DNA of 64,000 bases from the NCBI GenBank assembly GCA_951406725.2, contig OX597818.1, positions 38,316,001-38,380,000 on the forward strand, in the 5' to 3' direction. The stretch's first letter is position 1. Each line of letters begins with the position of its first letter. The position numbers were made by a program, and so were the translations under genes. The notes under the pieces were generated by a model, which had not been told where the DNA came from, ran no database searches, and saw only the letters and a program-made list of their open reading frames with translations. This stretch comes from Octopus vulgaris (lineage: Eukaryota). Of this stretch, positions 11,695 through 22,844 are shown one piece after another.

Positions 11695-13619
11695 CATCAT
11701 CATCATCATCATTTAGCGTCCGTTTTCCATGCTAGCATGGGTTGGACGGTTCTACTGGGGTCTGTGAAGCCAGAAGGCTTCATCAGGCCCAGTCAAATCT
11801 GGCAGTGTTTCTACGGCGGGATGCCCTTCCTAACGCCAACCACTCCGTGAGTGTAGTGGGTGCTTTTTACGTGCCACCCGCACTGGTGCCAGACAGAGCT
11901 GGCAAACGGCCACGAACGGATGGTGCTTTTTATGTGCCACCGGCACGAGGGCCAGGCGAGGCTGGCAACGGACACGAAACGGGGCGGTGCTGGCAACGGT
12001 CGCGAAACGGAAAGTTCTCTTACATGCCACCGGCACTGGTAACACATCTGCAATTTCCATTGATCGATTTCGATTCTGATCCTCACTTGCCTCAATGGGT
12101 CTTCACAAGCAGAGTTTCGACATGCCACCGGCACTGGTAGCACATCCGCAATTTCCATTGATCGATTTCGATTCTGATCCTCACTTGCCTCAACACGTCT
12201 TCACAAGTAGAGTTTTGTGTCCCAAGAAGGGAAGGTATGCATACGTAGGCTGGCTCCATCCCATGTAGAAGGCCACGGGTTGTGGACTCACTTGTCCTGC
12301 CGGGTCTTCTCGCGCACAGCACACTTCCAGAGGTCTCGGTCTCTAGTCATTTCCTCAGTGAGACCTAAAGTTCGAAGGTCGTGCTTCACCACCTCGTCCC
12401 AGGTTTTCCTGGGTCTGCCTCTTCCACAGGTTCCCTCAACCGCTAGGGTGTGGCACTTTTTCACACAACTATCTTCATCCATTCTCGCCACATGACCATA
12501 CCAGCGCAAACGTCTCTCTTGCACACCACAACTGATGCTTCTTAGGTCCAGCTTTTCTCTCAAGGTACTTACACTCTGCCGAGTGTGAGTACCGGCATTA
12601 CACATCCATCGGAGCATACTGGCTTCATTTCTAGCGAGCTTACGCATATCCTCAGCAGTCACGGCCCATGTTTCACTGCCATGTAGCATGGCTGTTCGTA
12701 CACACGCATCATACAGTCTGCCTTTCACTCTGTGCGAGAGGCCTTTTGTCACCAGCAGAGGTAAGAGCTCTCTGAACTTTGCCCAAGCTATTCTTACTCT
12801 AGCAGTTACACTTTCAGCACACCCGCCCCCGCTGCTGACTTGGTCACCTAGGTAACGGAAACTATCAACTATTTCTAGTTTTTCTCCCTGGAAAGTGACG
12901 GAAGTTGGTCTCAGAGCATTTTCAGTGTTTATTGTTCCTGAGCATCTGCCACATACAAAAACCATCTTCCTAGTTAGCCTTCCTTTGACATTGCTGCATC
13001 TCTTATGTGTCCATAGCTTACACTTGGTGCATCTTATAGAGTTTCTACCTACACCTTTTCTACAGATCGAGCAGGGCCATCTACCTGAAGGTGTTTGTGA
13101 TTTGTCTACCTTCCTACTGATTACGACTTTGGTTTTAGCTAGATTGACTCTGAGGCCCTTCGATTCTAATCCTTGTTTCCACACCTGAAACTTCTCCTCC
13201 AGTTCTGATAGCGACTCAGCAATTAGAGCAAGGTCATCAGCATAGAGGAGCTCCCAAGGGCATCCTGTCTTGAATTCCTCCGTTATTGCCTGGAGGACTA
13301 TGATAAATAGGAGGGGGCTGAGTACTGAGCCTTGGTGGACCCCTACCTCTACCCGGAATTCTTCACTGTACTCATTTCCAACCCTCACCCTACTAGCAGC
13401 GTCCCTATACATGGCCCGCACAGCTCTCACTAACCATTCATCTATCCCTAGTTTTCTCATTGCCCACCAGATAAGGGATCGGGGGACCCTGTCGAAGGCT
13501 TTCTCCATGTCAACAAAAGCCAGGTACAGGGGCTTATCTTTGGCTAGGTATTTCTCCTGCAGCTGCCTTACCAGGAATATAGCATCAGTAGTACTTTTCC
13601 CTGGCACAAACCCAAACTG
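11695..13619 (-). mobile_element. Young 5'-truncated RTE-clade LINE in the INTS12 intron between coding exons 3 and 4 (same strand as the gene)
   Basis: Uninterrupted RT frame starting at QFGFVPG, about 590 nt of 3' UTR and a (GAT)n tail. No clear TSD seen. Confidence 0.92.
12288..13607 (-). CDS. RTE reverse transcriptase ORF (N-terminally truncated, 439 codons) with an internal PHD-type zinc finger
   Basis: FVDMEKAFD, GVHQGSVLSPLLF, YADD and FRYLG motifs, plus the RTE-typical RRLRWYGHVAR..GRGRPRKTW C-terminus. The endonuclease is missing, so it is non-autonomous. Confidence 0.85.
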   Translation of the reverse strand: MPGKSTTDAIFLVRQLQEKYLAKDKPLYLAFVDMEKAFDRVPRSLIWWAMRKLGIDEWLVRAVRAMYRDAASRVRVGNEYSEEFRVEVGVHQGSVLSPLLFIIVLQAITEEFKTGCPWELLYADDLALIAESLSELEEKFQVWKQGLESKGLRVNLAKTKVVISRKVDKSQTPSGRWPCSICRKGVGRNSIRCTKCKLWTHKRCSNVKGRLTRKMVFVCGRCSGTINTENALRPTSVTFQGEKLEIVDSFRYLGDQVSSGGGCAESVTARVRIAWAKFRELLPLLVTKGLSHRVKGRLYDACVRTAMLHGSETWAVTAEDMRKLARNEASMLRWMCNAGTHTRQSVSTLREKLDLRSISCGVQERRLRWYGHVARMDEDSCVKKCHTLAVEGTCGRGRPRKTWDEVVKHDLRTLGLTEEMTRDRDLWKCAVREKTRQDK

Positions 13620-13747
13620 TTTTAAATAATTTAAATAATTATAATATAGTAAATTATAATTATTTAAAGTTCTTACAAACTTCTAATACAATGAAATAAA
13701 GTATATGTTGATAATATAGTGGAGTCAGTCAAATTGATGATTGTCTT

Positions 13748-14300
13748 TCATCATCATTATCATCGTTTAACGTCCGCTTTCCATGCTAGCATGGGTTGGA
13801 CGATTTGACTGAGGACTACTTGCAAACCATATGGCTGTGCCAGGGTCCAATCTCATCTGGCATAGTTTCTACAGCTGGATGCCCTTCCTATATGCCAACC
13901 ACTCTGAGAGTGTAGTGGGTGCTTTTAAAGTGCCAGTCTGGTGGTACTGGTAACGGCCACGCTTGAAAATGGTGTCTTTTACGTGCCACCTGCACAGGAG
14001 TCAGTCCAGCAGCACTGGCAACGACCTCACTCGAATGTTTTGTTCACATGCCAGTGAGGAAAGGCTGACAGGATCATGCTCAAATGGTGCACTTTACGTG
14101 CCAGACAGCTGCTCTGGCAGTGATCCTGCTTGGATGGAGCTGTGAGCGCTCCACTGGCATGGGTGCCAGTCATCAAATTTGGTTCGATTTCGATTTCACT
14201 TGCCCCAACAGGTCTTTGCAAGCAGAGTTTAGTGTCCAGTGAAGTGAGGTTGGCATGGGTGCCAGTCGACGAATTTGGTTCGATTTCAAATTCAATTTCG
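13748..14300 (-). mobile_element. RTE LINE 3' UTR fragment
   Basis: (CAT)n on plus followed by the reverse complement of the conserved UTR core. Similar copies at about 10520-10887(+), 17095-17374(+), 21315-21560(-), 33242-33731(+), 42027-42318(-), 42629-43035(-), 43957-44433(-), 46303-46915(-), 49873-50041(-) and 50220-50702(-). Confidence 0.85.
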
Positions 14301-14637
14301 ATTTTTTTTTTCTTTCTCTTCAAAAAATGCAGCCTTGTGTTGCAGTAAAAAAAATTACTGAATAAATAAAAATGTCATATAGGAAACTACTGATCAACAC
14401 ATAAGAAATATAGCACTATATGATAAAGGCTGATAGAAAAATCAACTCTTTAACAGTAATATATGCTAAGTTAGTGATGAGATATAACAAAATATCTTAC
14501 AACCTTGGTCAAAAAGCCAATTCAGCCACCTGCAAATATTTTGTATGGTATTGAGACATATAACAAGTGTGAAATATTACAGTTGTTAGAGAAAAGTAGA
14601 ATTTAAGGTAATGGCTAGTTCATTAAATTGCTCTTAC

Positions 14638-14704
14638 CTGGTGATATAAGTTATGACACTCTTGACATTCAATTAGCTGGTTACCTGAAGTTACTTCAAA
14701 TTGC
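14638..14704 (-). CDS. INTS12: INTS12 coding exon 3 (PHD finger, central part)
   Basis: ttacag acceptor and gtaag donor, 67 nt, phase 2/0. Encodes [22 protein letters not shown], close to the INTS12 [16 protein letters not shown] motif. Confidence 0.95.
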
Positions 14705-15129
14705 CTGTAATTTAAGGAAAATACATAATTGGTTTGAAGGGAATAACGGTTTACATGCCAAGTAAAGATTATAAAAACAATCATATAGAAAAGTTTAATC
14801 GCAATCAAGATTTTTAAACCGTAGAAAAAAAAAAGAATAAATCCATAAATATTAATTTATTTTGACTAAATACATTAATTTTCCTTTAAATTAGCAGTAT
14901 ATTTATCCAACAGTTATTGATGCCCGCTATTCCTAGAAGGGTTGTAGAAGTAGAGTCTCCAAGTAGCTTCTCTACAAGGTCCTATCAGAAACAATTGCCA
15001 TGAAACTTTCTTGTTGGATTGCCAAGTGTGACTGACTGTCTAATGAATATGTATTTCATTTGACAGAGTAATCTGAATGCTAAAGGGTTGAAGATATAGC
15101 CAGCAGTCAGAAATTTAGAGAAGTACCAG

Positions 15130-15620
15130 TTGAAGCATTTGATGATAAGGAGGAGTAAATAGAAACTTAAAGCATAAAGAACAGCTGAAAGTTCCAACAG
15201 GACAACCCAGCTGACGGCTACTGTGACTAGTGCATGGTTCCAACATGACATGGTGGTGGAACAGTGAAGGAGGAGAACTATAGGAGCAAAGTGACGGACA
15301 AGAAATAGGTGAAGCAAGGATGCTCCACTGGCTGTGCAATGTCAGTGTGCATGGACAACAAAATAGAAGTGTTGTGAGAAAAGCTGGACATACGAGGAAT
15401 CAGATGCAGTGTACAAGACAGAAGACAGCTTTGGTTTGGCTATGTGATGCATAGGGATGAGGAGGAGAGTTGCATATAGAAGTGCCAATTGTTTACAGCA
15501 TGCACAACCTGTGGAAAAGGGAGACCAAGGATATGGAATGAGGTAGTGAAGGCTGATCTCAGGATGTTGAGTCTTACAGAGAAGATGATGACAGACCTAG
15601 ATTTTCAATACATGAGAAGA
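15130..15620 (+). mobile_element. Old decayed RTE ORF C-terminal remnant
   Basis: Degenerate ..EARMLHWLCNVSV..GIRCSVQDRRQLWFGYV..TCGKGRPR.. sequence. Boundaries approximate. Confidence 0.6.
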
Positions 15621-16279
15621 TCTATCCAGCTATGTTAGTATGGCATAAGGCGGTGAGCTGGCAGAAACGTTAGCATGCCAGGCGAAATGCTCAGCAGTAT
15701 TTCATCTGCCGCTACGTTCTGTGTTCAAATTCCACCGAGGTCCACTTTGCCTTTCATCCTTTCGGGGTCGATGTAATCGACTTAATCCCTTTGTCTGTCC
15801 TTGTTTGTCCCCTCTGTGTTTAGCCCCTTGTGGGCAGTAAAGAAATATATGTTAGTGTGGCATAACTGAAGTTCTGAAAGTATAATGTTTATGCAAACAA
15901 CTGAGGTTTTGGAAGCATGTGCTTACACACTATGCACAAAATAAGGTCTCTCGCCTGGTGTTATCATCAAGTCTACAACTGCTGCTTTTTTCATTCTTTT
16001 CTTTTCAAGACAACTGGATCTACCCTCTGAGTCACTTCCGACTGAGATCCATTGTTCATGCTTAGCATCGTCACCCCACACCCAAGAAAAAATACTGAAA
16101 TAGGCTTTGACTCTAGGGAAGCTTTTCAATAAACAAACCACAAAAATATTTCTTACTATATAACTCTTTAATATATCAAATGACTAGAATGTTAGCATAG
16201 CCTAATTAGCAAGAAAGGCTTATTTTACCTTGTTCTACAATTGTGATTTCTCTTACTTTCTCAAACAAAATAGACAAGA

Positions 16280-16670
16280 GCGTAGGAGTGGCTGTGTGGT
16301 TAGTAGCTTCCTTACCAACCACATGGTTCCGGGTTCAGTCCCACTGTGTGGCACCTTGGGCAAGTGTCTTCTATTATAGCCTCGGGCCGACCAAAGCCTT
16401 GTGAGTGGGTTTGGTAGACGGAAACTGAAAGAAGCCTGTCATATATATGTATGTGTGTTTATATGTTTGTGTGTCTGTGTTTGTCCCCCCAACATCGCTT
16501 GAGAACCAATGCCGATGTGTTTACGTCCCTGTAACTTAGCGGCTCGGCAAAAGTGACCGATAGAATAAGTACGAGGCTTACAAAGAATAAGTCCTGGGGT
16601 CGATTTGCTCGACTAAAGGCGGTGCCCCAGCATGGCCACAGTCAAATGACTGAAACAAGTAAATGAGTAA
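16280..16670 (+). mobile_element. tRNA-derived SINE, family B (internal TA/TG microsatellite)
   Basis: GGAGTGGCTGTGTGGT A-box, GGGTTCAGTCCC B-box-like motif and GAAACAAGTAAA(AGAGT) tail. Near-identical copies at 31923-32324, 35827-36216 and 53188-53587; partial copies at about 400-620, 4775-4908 and 62775-62930(-). Confidence 0.85.
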
Positions 16671-17403
16671 GAGCACCATGAAATGTTTTATAGATCAACT
16701 TGGTTTGTACAGGACTGGTTTCAGGTTCAATCCCACAGCTTAACACATTGGGCGAGTGTCTTCTACTACAGTCCTGGGCTGACCAATGCATTCTAAGTTG
16801 ATTTGGTAAACAGAAACTGAAAGAATCCCCTTGTATATGCACATATATGCATAGATATGAGTATTTATATGCATGAGTGTGTGCACGTTCATGTGTGTGT
16901 GTTTACTTGTCTTAGCATCGCACCATACAAACTGTGCCATCCATTTCCAATATTCTACAAAAACATATCTGGTCATGGAGAAATATTACCTAGCTTGGAA
17001 ACAGGTGAGGGTGAGCAGCAGGAAGGACATCCAGCCGTAGAAAATTTGCTTTGTCCAACCCATGCAAATATGGAAAAGCAGATATTAAAAAATGACCGCC
17101 GCCCCGACTGGCCTCATGCCGGTGGCATGTAAAAAGCACCATCTGATCGTGGCCATTTGCCAGCCTCGTCTGGCACCTGTGCCGGTGGCATGTAAAAAGC
17201 ACCCACTACACTCACGGAGTGGTTGGCGTTAGGAAGGGCATCCAACCGTAGAAACATTGCCAGATCAGTCTGGGCCTGGAGCAGCCTTCTGGTTTCCCAG
17301 ACCCCAGTTGAACCGTTCAACCCATGCTAGCATGGAAAGCGGACGCTAAACGATGATGATGATGATGATGATGATAACAAGGAACAATTTCAAAGATACT
17401 TAC

Positions 17404-17768
17404 TGACAGTTAACACATGCTATACCAAGATCAAGAATAAAATCAGCAGTGTCCATATTATCATCACTGGAACCTAAAGCTTCTGGTTCCTTGAAAGAAG
17501 ATGATTTCTCAACAACCACTGCTGATTTTTCTGTCTTTTCTGCAGTTGCTGCCGTCGCAGCAGCTTTTTCTGACATAGCCTTTTCTCTCCTTTCCTTGTC
17601 TTCTTTATCTTTCAGTTCACGTTCTTTTCTACTCCTTTCTTTCTCTCGTTCTTTTTCCATCTCTCGCTCTTTCTCTTTATTCGGTTTTTCTTCCTTCTCT
17701 AGTGACGAAAATAAATCCAGTCTAGGTTTCTTGCTTTCTTGAAGAGTTTCCATGAAGTCATGTTTCAC
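17404..17768 (-). CDS. INTS12: INTS12 coding exon 2 (charged linker to start of PHD)
   Basis: ttcag acceptor and gtaagt donor, 365 nt, phase 0/2. Encodes VKHDFMETLQ...DFILDLGIACVNC, matching the INTS12 DF-..-.G-ACV.C motif. Confidence 0.92.
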
Positions 17769-19092
17769 CTGAAGAATAAAATATGAAAACAACCTAAGAA
17801 TTAAACAAAATATGCAAAGCAACCTTGAAGAACCCCATCTCCTAAATTTGAAGACCAATACAGCTGGTGTATAATTATACTCATAGGTGCTGGTGGCACA
17901 TAAAAAGCACCAGCCGATTGTGGCCATCTCAGTTAATCTACATCATCCCGATAATCTTCCTTATGTTTGTAAGCTCTAAGATGACTCTTAAGACCTGATA
18001 ACCTGCAAGGCTTCAAACATGTGACAGATAAGATACGAAACTTCAACATGGTTTATATAGCTTACTTGTGATATAATAATTTTATCCACTTTCATGTGCC
18101 TTTTCACACTAGGATTACTCCAAAAGATTTTTCTTCACATACTACACAGACATGACCATAAAAAGGGGCAAATAACTGTTTGATGCAGCATAATTTTGCA
18201 AATTGCTGTGTGATTTCATGTGGCATATGTAACCAGCTTTTGATAGATGTCAATCACAAAGACTACATTTCCAACTCTTAACCTCATCTGGTATGTCCAT
18301 GATGCCTACCTTTTTCAGAATACATTTTAACTGCATGCCACCTTATGGCTAACTCAAAACAAGCAATACCTTCCTTCACCAGAGACCTCCAGTCATTTCT
18401 ATCAATTGTTTTCTCTTGTCAGAATTGAACATCTATTTTCAAATTCACTAAGGTTCAACGAATAGTCTGTATAACAAGTTTTTTTGGGGGGAGTGGGGCT
18501 TATGCTGTGGTCATTTTCCCGGCTGTACCTCCCCATAAAATAACTGCTTGGGTGGTCCCAAAGCTGGCATACCAACAAGATACTCTGTCCATTGCATTTG
18601 ATTTGATATCATGTATGACTCAGTAGACAGGATCTACACAATAGTACATACATACAAATATAGTGTTCAAATGATTTAAACTTAGACTCCAATGTTCTTA
18701 CAAGGAACCAATTTTACAGGGTAAAGAGTTGTCCCTTGTAAAGACATTGCAGAATTGGTCTTTCGTAAAAACATCAGAGTCTAAGTTTGAATGAAAATGA
18801 ATAGATGTTTTTTTGAGTGTTAAAACTGACAGAATCAACGGGGTATTCAGTTACCAGTCAATAGGTTGACCCATCAAGTACTACATCTTCTTAGTAAAGA
18901 TACTTATATGATAATTGCCATTTCAGCCTAGTGTAAATAAGAACAATATAAGTAATTAATGACTGTAGATTGTATCAACAGGGTCATTGTATAAATGATT
19001 TGTATTTTGTTAGGCTGAAGTTGTTGAGATTAAATTTTTTATAGACTAAAAGAAGGCAACAAGAAACCACTCTAGCATGTTATGTCACTTAA

Positions 19093-19294
19093 CCCTTTCA
19101 TTACTGTATTTATTTTGAGATGCTCTGTGTTTCTTTCAACTACTTTAAATATAGCAAAGAATTTAGTAAAATAACTTAGTTATCATTCAGCTAGTGTTAG
19201 GAACATAAATTGTGACTAAGGGTTTGATGGAAAATTTTAATTCAAAATTTATGAAAACAAGACATTTGTTTCAGCCGGGTTGGTAATGAAAGGG
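19093..19294. mobile_element. piggyBac-type MITE
   Basis: TTAA|CCCTTTC...GAAAGGG|TTAA. Sister copies at 45605-45824 and, more diverged, 49651-49854. Confidence 0.8.
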
Positions 19295-19895
19295 TTAAAC
19301 ACTGAAACACTGTTTGAATATAAAGCCTTCAGTGTCCATTGGTTAACAGGATGTTACTTTAGATTCATTTATTTTCATATTAAGCAAACAACTTCCGGTG
19401 TTTATTCACACAACGTCTGTATGTCTTTGCAGTCATCTTATTGTTTGGTAAGTACTGGTAAAGAAGATTCTTTACAGAAGAACCGCAACATGTCCAGAAT
19501 TGTCACTGTATATACCAAAGCTCAGGCCCATTCTTCAATCATCATCATCACCGTTTAACGTCTACCTTCCACGTTAGCATGGGTGGGAAATTCAATTTTT
19601 CATTAATTTAACTTAAATTTCAGAATTGCCTCCCCTATCTTGCACTTGAATTAATCATCACGCTACTATTTTCTTCAGCCAGCTGCTAGTTCACCAAAGA
19701 TCTGTTTAGGAAGTGTGGAGTGCTACATGACCACTCCAGCACAGCTGGAACTTATTTAGGAAAGCATACATGCTTAACATATTATCTCTCTGTATTGGGA
19801 ATTTTGTCCTGCCACCTGCACCTATAACTTACAAAATTGTTATAAAGAACAATAAGGTTACAGAAACAAGTACTTGAATCAAAATATAAACTTAC

Positions 19896-20024
19896 TGGAA
19901 GGCCTTTCCGTTGGGCAACAACTTCCTCAACCATTAGTCTGAGTTGATATTCTGCATCTTTACTTTTGGAATAAAGTAGCTTAAGCGCTTTTGTGAATAA
20001 TGGATCCAGTTCTAGAGTAGCCAT
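19896..20024 (-). CDS. INTS12: INTS12 first coding exon (integrator complex subunit 12)
   Basis: MATLELDPLFTKALKLLYSKSKDAEYQLRLMVEEVVAQRKGLP matches the INTS12 N-terminal LELDP-F-KAL--L-SKSKD motif. gtaag donor. A tttcag acceptor 13 nt upstream of the ATG (exon starts at 20037) implies a non-coding first exon. Confidence 0.93.
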
Positions 20025-20807
20025 TTTATTTGGGAGCCTGAAATTAGAAGATTAATTAGAAGTGAGAAGAATTTTTAACAAACAAAAGATCATCAACATA
20101 ATTTAATACAACTATAAATAACATATGTGTGTTCAAATTCCGCCAAGGTCGACTTTGCCTTTCATCCTTTCGGGGTCGATAAATTAAGTACTAGTTATGC
20201 ATTGGGGTCGATGTAATCGACTTAATCCCTTTGTCTGTCCTTGTTTGTCCCCTCTGTGTTTAGCCCCTTGTGGGCAATAAAGAAATAAATAACATATGTG
20301 TGTCATTTGAAAGTGGAGAGGCCAGCATGTCTAGTGGATTATGAAAGGATACTGGCAAGATATAGGATCACCCAAATTGGTAAGAGTGAGAACAAGAAAC
20401 CAGATAAAGCTAAAGACTACAAAAGGGTGTTTTAACACATTCTGTAATAATTACATAAGTCTAAAACTGGCCTCAGAGTAACCAGTAAACAATCTCTAAA
20501 TAAAGAATAAAGTTACCTCAATATCTCTTCCTAATACAGGATCATAAAACCAAAGTACAAAACAGCCAGAGTATTGTAATATTAATTAATGTTTTGGAAG
20601 GCATTAATAAATCTCCGAACGAGATGTAAACAGTAACCGCTCGACAACGTAAAGTGTACTAGCCATCTCAATGTGGCTAGCCACTGGGGGTGGGTGTTAC
20701 TGAAGCTTTTAGTCCCAGGAGATCATCGTCTCCAGCTGGCTTTAGACACACTTTCTGTGCCCTTCTGATATTCGCAAAGGGAGGTCATCCCCTCTCGAAA
20801 AACCAAA

Positions 20808-20866
20808 GTGATATATACAGACTATAGTTTCGAGGTTTTTGCCTTTCGTCAACGTATGGTAATCAC
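20808..20866 (-). ncRNA. Type I hammerhead ribozyme (U3.G8 core), family 1, minus copy
   Basis: GTGAT TAC CATACG TTGACGA AAGG CAAAAA CCTC GAAAC TATA GTC TGTATA T ATCAC. One mismatch each in stems I and II. Confidence 0.7.
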
Positions 20867-21019
20867 CAGTTTTCGATTTACGTTGTCGAGCAGTTACTGT
20901 TTACATCTTGTTCAGAGATTTATTAATGCTTTCAGACAGTTTTTCTAAATCAGTGACAGTGGTTGCTGGGAAAAACATTAAATAGATATTCGCAAACAGG
21001 TCTCCCCAATTGAAAACCG

Positions 21020-21078
21020 GTGATTACCATATGTTGACGAGAGGCAAAAACCTCGAAACTATAGTCCGTATGTATCAC
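21020..21078 (+). ncRNA. Type I hammerhead ribozyme (U3.G8 core), family 1, plus copy
   Basis: GTGAT TAC CATATG TTGACGA GAGG CAAAAA CCTC GAAAC TATA GTC CGTATG T ATCAC. All stems pair. Predicted cleavage after C21066. Confidence 0.8.
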
Positions 21079-22844
21079 TTAGGTTTTTCAAGAGGGGATG
21101 ACCTCCCTTTGAGAATATCAGAAGGGCACAGAAAGTGTGTCTAAAGCCAGCTGGAGACGATGATCTCCTGGGGCTAAAAGCTTCAGTAACACCCACCCCC
21201 AGTGGCTAGCCACATTGAGATGGCTAGTACGCTTTACGTTAAATTAATGTTTTGTTCTCTTGGAATACTGAACTCAATCACATAAAAACAAGAATTTAAG
21301 TGTTGAAGAAGTATCATCATCATCATCATCATCTTTTAACATCCTCTTTCCATGCTGGCATGGGTTGGATGGTTTAACTGATGACTGGCAAGCCAGGAGG
21401 CTGCACCAGACTCCAATCTATTCTGGCATGGTTTCTACAGCTGGATGCCCTTTCTAACAGCAACCACTCCAAGAATGTAGTGGGTGCTTTTTATGTGCCA
21501 CTGGCATAGGGGCCAGTCAGGTGGTACTGGCATCGACCATGCTTGAATGGTGCTTTTTACGCCATGCCAAACTAAATAATATGAAAATAAATATGGTGAT
21601 GAAATCATCATCATCATCATCGCTTGGTCTGTCTGTTACCATGACGACTGTTCCAGTCGATCCAATCAACTGAACGTCCTGATTGAGAAATTAATGTGCA
21701 AGTGGCTGAGCATGCCACAGACATGCATATCCTTCACATAGTTCTCAGGAAGATTCAGTGTGACACAGAATGTGACAAAGCGGTCTTCATAAGTTATTAT
21801 GATGATTGAATGCGGATCCCTATGACCCCAGGAGATAAAGCTGATCATTAAATGAGTCCTGGCAAGGGTAAGTATCCCCTCAATTCTGAAGGCAGTGGAT
21901 TGTTCAATGATGATAGGAAAACACCCAAAGAACTTGCTCTTTACCTTTGGGGTTAGAGACAGATACTGCATACAAAGCATTGTTAGCAACTCTTTTGCTC
22001 CATTACAATTCCTTAATACTGTTGAGCCAATGAGGAAGCATCTACTTGGTCATTCTACCTGCTAGAAATAGAAGCCAAAATTCCTTCAAATCAATGCTAT
22101 TGCCCTAAAAAAAAAAGGCAACAACACATTAAGCTATATAGTACTAGACATCCCTAAAAAGACAGAAAGGTCACAAATGGGATGTTTTTGATCATAGGTC
22201 TCTCCAACCAGGGCTAATATAGGACTAAACATCAGAAGGGATGACTGCATCTGAACTGAATAAGACACTGAAATACTGTAATCTGTTGATAAATTACATA
22301 CAGCCTAAGGCTTTTGAGATGTTCAGGTGGGGAGCTAGACCTCAGACAAAGAGGTTTTTGACTTCGTTTGGATCTCTGAAGTGAAATATGATGTTCAGAA
22401 GAGTGTCCAGCTGTTCTAATACCCTAACTTCACAGTCACCAGTAGGTTTGGCTGTTCTAAAACCTCAACCTCACAATCACTTGCAGTAATGCTGTGAGAG
22501 TTTTAGGTTGTCTGAAAAATATTTTAGTGTCCTTTTGAACAATGAAGGAATGTGCACGCCTCTCTTTGATCATTGACTGATTTCATGCTTTTTCTATTTA
22601 TTCCTTTTCTTACTGGCAGAAACGTTAGCACGCCGGGCGAAATGCTTAGCAGTATTTCGTCTGCCGCTATGTTCTGAGTTCAAATTCCGCCAAGGTTTAC
22701 TTTGCCTTTCATCCTTTCGGGGTTAATAAATTAAGTACCAGTTACACACTGGGGGTTGATGTAATCGACTTAATCCGTTTGTCTATCCTTGTTTGTCCCT
22801 TCTGTATTTAGCCCCTTGTGGGTAGTAAAGAAATAGATAATTTT

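Larger units (their letters stand above)
20597..21241. mobile_element. Hammerhead-bearing non-coding retroelement, family 1 (retrozyme or Penelope pLTR-like): inverted partial copy plus permuted full 356-nt monomer
   Basis: 20597-20874 is the reverse complement of sequence in 20877-21240. 13-bp TSD AATTAATGTTTTG at 20584-20596 and 21242-21254. One hammerhead fold per copy. Confidence 0.75.

Noticed and set aside
11742-12322. Many overlapping 60-130 aa ORFs (CHRH.. and VPPA.. peptides) here and in other RTE UTR copies
   Set aside because: Chance open frames in a GC-rich repeat. They occur in all frames and on both strands and break differently in each copy.
13600-13700. Possible HDV-like ribozyme at the 5' end of the RTE (known in some RTEs)
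   Set aside because: The copy is truncated inside the RT, so the 5' UTR is absent and the flank is plain AT-rich DNA.
17449-17742. 97-aa plus-strand Ser/Phe-rich ORF
   Set aside because: Antisense shadow of the low-complexity INTS12 exon 2.
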